Shown: positions 9,432 through 16,293 of the stretch, one piece after another
How positions within the stretch are numbered: the stretch's first letter is position 1
How the letters are laid out: every line of letters starts with the position of its first letter
DNA from: Desulfosarcina sp.
GTDB lineage: Bacteria > Desulfobacterota > Desulfobacteria > Desulfobacterales > Desulfosarcinaceae
Assembly: GCA_014237405.1 (NCBI GenBank)
Contig: JABZFO010000116.1
Location: 936 to 64,935, forward strand
Reading direction: 5' to 3'
Length of the DNA: 64,000 nt
Made by a program: the position numbers and the translations under genes
Notes under the pieces: generated by a model
Databases searched by the model: none
What the model was told of the DNA's origin: nothing
Seen by the model: the letters and a program-made list of their open reading frames with translations, nothing else

Positions 9432-9613
9432 AATACCCTCCTGCAGATTTGAGTTGCCCCTGTTCAGGTCATTTTTGGGATTCGCTCTTCCCTGCCCGGT
9501 CCACACAAGATCCCGGACACAATGCTGGATTCTGGATACAGTTATGGACTTTTTGTTTTAACCAAGGCCTCGATGAATCCGGACAAGGTCGAGCGAAAGT
9601 GGAACATTTTTTT

Positions 9614-9660
9614 ATGAATGAACGTTCATTCATTTATCAGAGAAAGAAACCCGCTGTCAA
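9614..9660 (-). promoter_or_regulatory. Candidate sigma70 promoter (TTGACA-N17-ATAAAT) with an overlapping perfect 20-bp palindromic operator, ATGAATGAACGTTCATTCAT
   Basis: On the minus strand the -35 is at 9660-9655 and the -10 at 9637-9632. The palindrome at 9633-9614 overlaps the -10/+1 region. The site lies about 185 nt upstream of the FadB-like start. A related half-site, ATGAATGAATATTCA, occurs at 9791-9805. Confidence 0.5.
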
Positions 9661-9807
9661 GCCCAAAACGATTTCAATTTCACCTTTCGGCGGAAAAACT
9701 TGAATTACGTTATTAAAACAAAGCGATGAAAGGTGATAGAGCGATAGCGGTCGCCGGGTCTGCAACGGGGGTCAGGCGCCGAATCAATGAAATGAATGAA
9801 TATTCAG

Positions 9808-10554
9808 TCAGGGAATCGGCTTGCCGTCGGCAAAGGCCGGTTCATGCAGCGGCAACAGAATATCGGCCATCTTTTTGACCTTGATCATGATGTCGTAGGC
9901 ATCGTAGGCGTTTACATGGGTGCCGGGAGGAATCACCTCCATTTCCATGGCCCGGATCTGCTTCGGCGGGAAGAAGTTGTCGTTGATCACACAAAAGCCG
10001 GTGATGGCCGCCGTACCGCCGGCCGTCTCCACCAGCACCGTCAGGCCGCCTTCGGTGTGGGCTGGGGTGTGCATTACCCGGATGCCATCGGCAATTTCTT
10101 TGTCGGCCTCCACGAGTCGGATCTGGCCGTTCTCCTCCACATCCTCGATATAGTCTTCCACATATCTGAAATCCAGGGGATGGGGATCATGGATGCGCGC
10201 CAATTCTTTCGGGTGGACGAAGATCTCGGCGTTGGTGCACTTGTAGTCGTTTTCGCAATGGTCGTTGTGAAGGTGGGTGTGAATCACCGTATCGATGCGC
10301 TCCGGCGTCAGGTTGTATCGGGCCAATCCCTCTTCGAAGGTATAGATCCGCCCGCCGATGGCCTGCTCTCGATCGTCGGACCGTAACGGATTCATCTCCC
10401 CGGTATCCACAATGATGTTTCGGTCCCCGCCCTCCAGGTACCAGCAGTAAATGGGGATGGTGTATGGCGTTCCGTAATCGTGCTGGTAAGTCATCATACC
10501 CTTGTCGAACTGCTTGGTTCCCATAACGATGGGATGAATGCGATACCGGGTCAC
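9808..10554 (-). CDS. MBL-fold metallo-hydrolase (N-acyl homoserine lactonase-like)
   Basis: 248 aa with the HTHLHNDHCEN motif (HxHxDH) and downstream His/Asp ligands. Confidence 0.75.
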   Translation of the reverse strand: MTRYRIHPIVMGTKQFDKGMMTYQHDYGTPYTIPIYCWYLEGGDRNIIVDTGEMNPLRSDDREQAIGGRIYTFEEGLARYNLTPERIDTVIHTHLHNDHCENDYKCTNAEIFVHPKELARIHDPHPLDFRYVEDYIEDVEENGQIRLVEADKEIADGIRVMHTPAHTEGGLTVLVETAGGTAAITGFCVINDNFFPPKQIRAMEMEVIPPGTHVNAYDAYDIMIKVKKMADILLPLHEPAFADGKPIP

Positions 10555-10625
10555 CGGTGGACCTCCTTGCTGTCGGGGATAAGGCAGTGCGATAAAACGA
10601 TTGGAGTTTTTAATTTTGACGGATT

Positions 10626-10733
10626 CGTAAAAAGTCCGATATCTGCGTTACGCTTCATCCCTCGTCACTGCGGAGTACGCTAAGTACGCCTCATTCCTCG
10701 GGATTCGCAAGCCTTGATCTCGGGCTTTTTACG
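10626..10733 (-). repeat. ~108-bp palindromic element (subfamily B), related to the 140-bp family but with different termini
   Basis: Terminal inverted repeats are CGTAAAAAGTCCGATATC and GATCTCGGGCTTTTTACG. The reverse complement carries the GAGATCAAGGC and ACGCAGATAT modules shared with the main family. Its interior arms are complementary (GCGTTACGCTTCATCCCTCG / CGAGGAATGAGGCGTAC). Confidence 0.7.
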
Positions 10734-10855
10734 ATACATGAAGCGTTATGGAAAGGATACACTTGGTAATTACACTTTAACATTTGGCAACATCGTCAAC
10801 AAATGGTTACAAATGCCGTAACTAAAAGTCTTAATGGGCATCTGCTTTCTAACTT

Positions 10856-10998
10856 GTGTTTATCCAGAAATGGTAGATTGTGGTCCAGATCAAGGCCGCA
10901 GCTTTATTGAAACCGCAGGCGTAGCAACGCTACGTCGAGAATTTCAATAAAGCGAGAACACAGAGATGGACTGCAAGATGCCGTTTCTGGATGGACAC
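10856..10998 (+). repeat. Copy R3 of the ~140-bp rod-shaped palindromic element family
   Basis: Reads GTGTTTATCCAGAAATGG...CAGATCAAGGCCGCAGCTTTATTGAAACCGCAGGCGTAGCAACGCTACGTCGAGAATTTCAATAAAGCGAGAACACAGAG...CCGTTTCTGGATGGACAC. Confidence 0.9.
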
Positions 10999-11017
10999 TA
11001 ACGATAAGGACCATTAT

Positions 11018-11359
11018 ATGGCCACAGAAAACGATATCGTGCTGATCCACTTTGAAGATCAACCCTTGAGCTTCGCCCGGATTGAACAGATTCTTCCCGA
11101 TAACAAACCGGACTGGTACCATGTAAAACTGCTTATGCTTCAAATTCCGCTGCAGGTTGTCACATGGATTCTACGGGACCGGTATATCATGGGCGACGAG
11201 TTTACCATGAACGGTAAACGGATGCGCCTGGAGCGGGTCGTCTGCCCGGAAACAGTTATGGACGAGGACGATCTTCCTGAAGACATTCCCGGTAAACAGC
11301 CCGCCCCTACCAACGGCAAGGCCACGGTAATCTCCCTGGCCGACAAGCTGAAGCGATAG
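11018..11359 (+). CDS. Hypothetical protein (113 aa, acidic C-terminal half)
   Basis: The ORF shows GC3-biased codon usage. I chose ATG 11018 because the upstream ATG at 10991 lies inside repeat R3. No family was recognised. Confidence 0.5.
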   Translation: MATENDIVLIHFEDQPLSFARIEQILPDNKPDWYHVKLLMLQIPLQVVTWILRDRYIMGDEFTMNGKRMRLERVVCPETVMDEDDLPEDIPGKQPAPTNGKATVISLADKLKR

Positions 11360-11380
11360 GCCGTCGCCGTTCTGCCGATC

Positions 11381-12265
11381 ATGAATCGCGAATTGAAACA
11401 GATTCTGTCCGTATCCAGACGAACGGACATCCCCGCCTTTTATATGCCCTGGTTCATGGATCAGGTGACCCGCGGACTCATCGAGGTGGTGAATCCTTTC
11501 AACCAGCAGGTCAGACAGGTGGTTGTATCACCGGAACGGGTTCACACCATGGTATTCTGGTCCAAAAACTTCGGGCCATTTCTGGCAGACCGCTACGGAG
11601 AGCAGTTTCAGGCCATGGGTTATCACCTGTTTTTCAACTTCACCGTCAATTCACGATCGCCGATACTGGAGCCGGAGGTGCCGGACCTGAATCAACGGCT
11701 CGACCAGCTCCGGCAGCTTTGCCACCGGTTCGGGAGCACGTCAGTCCAGTGGCGCTTCGACCCCATTTGCCACTTCACCACGAAAGCAGGCGCCATCGAA
11801 AACAATCTCGATGATTTCGAAACCATCGCCACCGCAGCGGGTAAATGCGGTATCGGTACCTGCACCACCAGTTTCATGGATCACTATCGGAAGATTGAGC
11901 GACGAACCCGGAACGCGCTGACCTTTGTTGAACCGTCACCCGCTGAGAAAACAAAGATTCTGCTGAACATGGAACAGACCCTGTCTCCACTGGGTATTCA
12001 ACTATCCCTGTGCTGTGAAAAAGAGGCGCTGGGCCAGCTTCCAGCAAGATCCACCATCAGCGCAGGAGCATGCATTTCGGGCCGGCGGATCATGGCGGTT
12101 CATGGCGGCAGGGTATCCATCCGTCAGGATCCCGGCCAGCGGAAAGCGTCGGGATGCGGGTGTACGGTTTCCGTGGATGTGGGCTCCTACAGCCTTCACC
12201 CCTGCCACCACAACTGTCTGTTCTGCTATGCCAATCCCGCCTGTGACCAGAGGCGCCATCAATGA
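11381..12265 (+). CDS. DUF1848 domain protein with C-terminal CX3CX2C (radical-SAM-type) cysteine motif
   Basis: The N-terminus SRRTDIPAFYMPWFMDQV is typical of DUF1848. The C-terminus carries ...CGCTVSVDVGSYSLHPCHHNCLFCYANP. The stop overlaps the dusB start (ATGA at 12262-12265). Confidence 0.75.
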   Translation: MNRELKQILSVSRRTDIPAFYMPWFMDQVTRGLIEVVNPFNQQVRQVVVSPERVHTMVFWSKNFGPFLADRYGEQFQAMGYHLFFNFTVNSRSPILEPEVPDLNQRLDQLRQLCHRFGSTSVQWRFDPICHFTTKAGAIENNLDDFETIATAAGKCGIGTCTTSFMDHYRKIERRTRNALTFVEPSPAEKTKILLNMEQTLSPLGIQLSLCCEKEALGQLPARSTISAGACISGRRIMAVHGGRVSIRQDPGQRKASGCGCTVSVDVGSYSLHPCHHNCLFCYANPACDQRRHQ

Positions 12266-13251
12266 GAATTGGTTCCGTCGAAACAGACAATTTTACCGTG
12301 CTGGCACCGCTGGCCGGCATCACCAATCTGCCCATGCGACTGCTGGCCAAAGGGACCGGCTGCGGATTGGTCTGCTCGGAGATGATCAGTTCCAACGGCC
12401 TGGTGTACGGCTCCGGGAAAACCGTGCAACTGTTGGACAGTACGCCAGAGGAAAAACCTCTATCGGTACAGATCTTCGGATCCGATCCGCAAATCATGGC
12501 CGACGGGGCCCGGATCGTCCAGGAGTCCGGTGCCGATATTGTGGATATCAATTTCGGCTGTTCGGTAAAAAAAATCCTGAAGAGCAATTCGGGGTCGGCC
12601 CTGATGAAAGACCCTTCCCTGGCGCGAGCCATTCTTAAAGCGGTTCGAAAAGCCATTTTCATCCCGCTGACCGTCAAAATCCGGTCCGGCTGGGAGCCGT
12701 CCGGGAAGCAGGCCATGGAGATCGCCCGACTGGCAGAGGATTGTGGAGTGGATGCCATTGCCGTTCACCCACGCACGGCCACCCAGGGGTTTCGGGGAGA
12801 AGCGAACTGGTCCATCATCACGGCAGTCAAAAAAGCCCTGACCATTCCGGTGATCGGCAACGGGGACGTGACCGCTCCGGAGGATGCATTGCGCATGTTG
12901 AATGAAACCGGCTGCGACGGGGTGATGGTGGGCAGGGCCGCCATCGGCAACCCCATGATTTTCAGTCAGATTCTGGCGGTAGCCCATGACCGGCCGGCAA
13001 TTGTGCCGAATGATGGCCAGCGAATCGACATGATGCTTCGCTATCTCCATGATTCGGTAAGCTATCTGGGGGAGCAGACAGCCTGCCACATGATGCGCAG
13101 CCGGTTGTGCTGGTTTGTGAAGGGCATGCGAAATGCCGGGCAGTTCCGCAATGCCATCCGGTTTATATCTTCAGAAAAGGAGGCCGAGGAGCTGATCCAG
13201 CAATACGCGGACTCGATTTCAGCGAAGCCGGTGACATCTATGTCCGGGTAG
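12262..13251 (+). CDS. dusB: tRNA-dihydrouridine synthase (DusB-like)
   Basis: 329 aa, with LAPLAGITNLPMRLL, DINFGCSVKK, VKIRSGW and IGNGDV blocks characteristic of the Dus family. Confidence 0.85.
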   Translation: MRIGSVETDNFTVLAPLAGITNLPMRLLAKGTGCGLVCSEMISSNGLVYGSGKTVQLLDSTPEEKPLSVQIFGSDPQIMADGARIVQESGADIVDINFGCSVKKILKSNSGSALMKDPSLARAILKAVRKAIFIPLTVKIRSGWEPSGKQAMEIARLAEDCGVDAIAVHPRTATQGFRGEANWSIITAVKKALTIPVIGNGDVTAPEDALRMLNETGCDGVMVGRAAIGNPMIFSQILAVAHDRPAIVPNDGQRIDMMLRYLHDSVSYLGEQTACHMMRSRLCWFVKGMRNAGQFRNAIRFISSEKEAEELIQQYADSISAKPVTSMSG

Positions 13252-13258
13252 GTACATA

Positions 13259-13401
13259 GTGTCCATCCAGAAATGGTGGATTTTGGTTCAGGCCAAGGCC
13301 GCAGCGCCCTTGAAACCGCAGGCGTAGCATCGCTACGTTGAGGATTTCAAGGGCGGGAGAACGCAGGCATGGGCCGAAAGATGTCATTTCTGGATGGATA
13401 C
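13259..13401 (+). repeat. Copy R4 of the ~140-bp rod-shaped palindromic element family
   Basis: Reads GTGTCCATCCAGAAATGG...CAGGCCAAGGCCGCAGCGCCCTTGAAACCGCAGGCGTAGCATCGCTACGTTGAGGATTTCAAGGGCGGGAGAACGCAGGC...TCATTTCTGGATGGATAC. It fills the convergent gap between dusB and the lipoprotein gene. Confidence 0.9.
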
Positions 13402-13404
13402 TAC

Positions 13405-14340
13405 CTAACGCCCAGGGATCAATATGCTGCCGGCCGGGGGCAGTTCCCCGGATTCGGGTGCGCCGAAAGATTGCCGGGCCGCCGCCCGGCTGATGGTGAT
13501 TTCGCCGATTTTTGGTCCGGGTACGATATAGCGCTGCCCACCCAGGCCGGTCAGAACACCACTGCCGTCCAGCACGGTGAACCGGTCACCCGCTTTGATG
13601 CCCACCTCGCTGCCGGCCGTAATGACGCAGGCCCCGTCCTCGATGGAGACCACGGCCGCCAGCCACTTGCTGTCCTTGACGGCATCTCCCATCTGCTCGC
13701 CCAGTTCCTCACCCATCTCCTCGGCCACTTCAACCAGTTCGTCCACCTGAACTTCCTGCCCGTTGCGGACGATGCCGGCTTCGTGCTCGTCGATATCGAC
13801 TTCATCGGTCAGGATTCCCAAAGCCAAACGAGCGCCCGTCGCCGCGTCATAAACCGCTGCGGCAGTCTGGATCTGGAGGCTGTAGGCCACATCCTTGAAC
13901 ACCCAGAATCCGGTATCCCGGGCTCGCACCCGGATATCCATGAGAACGGGACTCACCACGGCGTTCATGCCCTCCTGCCTGGCCAGCCCTGACAGGGTAA
14001 ATACATCCATGTTGCCGTTAGCGATCCGCGGCGGGTTCCACAAAAATGGCGGGGCTTCGGCTTTACCCGGCACCACCAGCACCGCATTGGAAACAGCCGA
14101 TTCCATGCTGGATAGAAAGGCTGTCATAAAGGGTGATGTCAACTGTGCACTGGTAAAAATGGTAGTATTGGAAAGGGCCAGGACGCCAACCGCTTTCCGG
14201 TAATCGCTGCTGCCGGAAAAGTCGCGAATGGTCTTTTTGCCCGCAGGTCGGTAAGACGAGGCAATGCCGCATCCGGAAACCAACAGCGCCACCAGCAGCA
14301 ACGGCAGTGCGTTTTTTTTCAGGAGAGTGATAGCCGTCAT
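13405..14340 (-). CDS. Hypothetical lipoprotein
   Basis: Signal peptide with a lipobox ([10 protein letters not shown]), then a 311-aa soluble body. The start overlaps the queF stop by 4 nt. No family was recognised. Confidence 0.6.
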   Translation of the reverse strand: MTAITLLKKNALPLLLVALLVSGCGIASSYRPAGKKTIRDFSGSSDYRKAVGVLALSNTTIFTSAQLTSPFMTAFLSSMESAVSNAVLVVPGKAEAPPFLWNPPRIANGNMDVFTLSGLARQEGMNAVVSPVLMDIRVRARDTGFWVFKDVAYSLQIQTAAAVYDAATGARLALGILTDEVDIDEHEAGIVRNGQEVQVDELVEVAEEMGEELGEQMGDAVKDSKWLAAVVSIEDGACVITAGSEVGIKAGDRFTVLDGSGVLTGLGGQRYIVPGPKIGEITISRAAARQSFGAPESGELPPAGSILIPGR

Positions 14341-14741
14341 GACGACGCCTCATACCGGGCACAAACGTTGGTGGTCAAGCCGCCCCGCGATGTGAATTCC
14401 CCGGTTACCTCCATCCACTTGGGTTTGAGCACCTGCACCAGATCGTCGAGGATCCGGTTGGACACATGTTCGTAAAACATGCCCACATTGCGAAACTGGA
14501 GCAGGTAGTATTTCAGGGACTTCAGTTCGACGATAAAATTGTCCGGAGTATACCGGATGTTGAGGGTGCCGAAATCCGGCAGCCCGGTCATGGGACAGAC
14601 CGAGGTAAACTCCGGCTGAGAAATGGTGATGACAATATCCCGCCTTCCTTTGTAATGGTATTCGATGGGGTCAAGCACATCGGTGGTGACGATGTCCGGC
14701 TTGTCCACGGTGTAGCGGATGGTGTGATCATAGGATTTCAT
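14337..14741 (-). CDS. queF: NADPH-dependent 7-cyano-7-deazaguanine reductase QueF (type I)
   Basis: Contains [21 protein letters not shown] and [11 protein letters not shown], which are QueF motifs. ATG 14741 is preceded by GGAG at 7-nt spacing. The ORF-track start at 14753 is a TTG. Confidence 0.85.
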   Translation of the reverse strand: MKSYDHTIRYTVDKPDIVTTDVLDPIEYHYKGRRDIVITISQPEFTSVCPMTGLPDFGTLNIRYTPDNFIVELKSLKYYLLQFRNVGMFYEHVSNRILDDLVQVLKPKWMEVTGEFTSRGGLTTNVCARYEASS

Positions 14742-14848
14742 GGGATGCTCCAATCGGTTTCTGTTGGGGCTTCTTATTAGAGGATGGCGGAAACCGTGTC
14801 AAACGTTCTATTTATATTTAACAATATGATCCGAAAAGGCGGGCATTG

Positions 14849-15043
14849 ATGAGAAAGGCGAACCAAGACGAGCAGATTTTACGGGCCACCAAGGAGATCG
14901 TGGTCAAGTTCATTGAAACGGGACGGATATCACCCACGGGGTTTCCGGTGGCCTTCAAGGCCATCTACCGCGCGGTGGATGAGACCGTGAGGCAATCAGT
15001 AGACGCGGAAGCCGTGGATGACAGCACCGGGGAGGCCCCATGA
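14849..15043 (+). CDS. Small hypothetical protein (64 aa)
   Basis: Intergenic ORF with genome-like codon bias (MRKANQDEQILRATKEIVVKFIETGR...). No recognisable family, and the Shine-Dalgarno sequence is weak. Confidence 0.35.
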   Translation: MRKANQDEQILRATKEIVVKFIETGRISPTGFPVAFKAIYRAVDETVRQSVDAEAVDDSTGEAP

Positions 15044-15286
15044 GCGATTGCCTTCCTGGGATAATAGATGAACCAAAGAATTCAGAAGCCAGGAGTCAGG
15101 AGCCAGAAGAACTCGGATGTTGCTTCGCTCCGGCAAATTTGATATTCTTTTGACTGAGCCGAAGGCGAATACCTTATTCTGAATTCTGTATTCTGACTCC
15201 TGGATTCCTTTTGTGACTGATTCCGGCAAAGCCTACTGCCTCTGACCTGGCCCAAAGGACCAGCTTTTCTAAGGATAAATAAAGAA

Positions 15287-16276
15287 TCAGGGTGAACCCA
15301 ACGCCTGGGGCCAAAGGTAGTAGAAGCCGGCATCAAGGGACAGCAAATCGCCGATGGGCCCCATGTCCACCAGCGGCGCCGGCCCGGCAAGGGTGCCGCT
15401 GGTGAGGGTGTTGTAAAGGTTATCGTTGGGATAATGGGTTCGCCGGTAGGTGACCACCCGGGCGTCGGCATCGAGTTCGGCAATTTGTTTGGCCTCGTCG
15501 ATGGCGTCCTGAAGATATCCGATCTTGTCCACCAGGCCCGCAGCAACCGCGGCATCGGCCAGAAAAATTCGGGCGTTGGCAACGGTGGCCAGGCGTTCGC
15601 CGTCAAGTTCCCGATGCTGCTTCACCAGACCAACGAACCGCCGGCCCAATACATCGGCCAGTTCCTGCAGTATGTTCTCCTCCCCCGGCGTGATGGGGCG
15701 AAACGGCGATCCAATGTCCTTGTTCTCGCCGGATTTGTTCACCTGCACATCCACACCGATTTTTTCCATGAGCCCCGACAACTGGGGTCGTATAAGGATC
15801 ACCCCTATAGAACCGGTTATGGTGGTGGGATGGGCCACGATCACATCGGCCGGCAGAGATACGTAGTAGCCCCCGGAAGTGGCCAGGTTCATCATACATA
15901 CCACCACCCTCTTGCCGGTGCGCTGTTTAAAGGAAGCAATTTCATGGTAGAGAATGTCGCTGGCCGTAGTGGTGCCGCCGGGGGTGTCGATCTTGAACAG
16001 CACGGCCTTGACGCGGTCGTCTTTTTCAGCCAGCCGAAGATGTGAAACCACCTCCTGCACTACGCCGGGCTGGGTCCGCATGACCCGGCTTTTAGGAGAA
16101 TCGGTAATGACGCCGGTAATGGGAATCACCAGGATCTTATCATCAGCCGTACCGTCCAGCGTCACCTCCTGCAGCGGATCGGAGGCATCAGAGAACAGGG
16201 TGATGCGGGGGGTGGCACAGCCGAATAAGAACATGGCGATCAACATCGCTGAAATAATTCCTTTCGATATTCTCAT
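15287..16276 (-). CDS. sppA: Signal peptide peptidase SppA (36K type)
   Basis: N-terminal anchor MRISKGIISAMLIAMFLFGCA, with ClpP/crotonase-like S49 peptidase blocks (ATSGGYY, GSIGVI). ATG 16276 is preceded by GGAGGG. Confidence 0.8.
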   Translation of the reverse strand: MRISKGIISAMLIAMFLFGCATPRITLFSDASDPLQEVTLDGTADDKILVIPITGVITDSPKSRVMRTQPGVVQEVVSHLRLAEKDDRVKAVLFKIDTPGGTTTASDILYHEIASFKQRTGKRVVVCMMNLATSGGYYVSLPADVIVAHPTTITGSIGVILIRPQLSGLMEKIGVDVQVNKSGENKDIGSPFRPITPGEENILQELADVLGRRFVGLVKQHRELDGERLATVANARIFLADAAVAAGLVDKIGYLQDAIDEAKQIAELDADARVVTYRRTHYPNDNLYNTLTSGTLAGPAPLVDMGPIGDLLSLDAGFYYLWPQALGSP

Positions 16277-16293
16277 GGAAACCCTCCAATGGA

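Noticed and set aside
9449-9703. 84-aa plus-strand ORF in the fad promoter region
   Set aside because: It spans the predicted promoter/operator of the divergently read operon, has no Shine-Dalgarno sequence or family resemblance, and shows atypical codon usage.
14742-14848. Possible preQ1 riboswitch upstream of queF
   Set aside because: I looked for the preQ1-I pattern (short P1 hairpin followed by an A-rich tail pairing into the Shine-Dalgarno sequence). There is a CCTCTAATAAGAAG stretch but no complementary AGAGG 5' arm, so no convincing fold.
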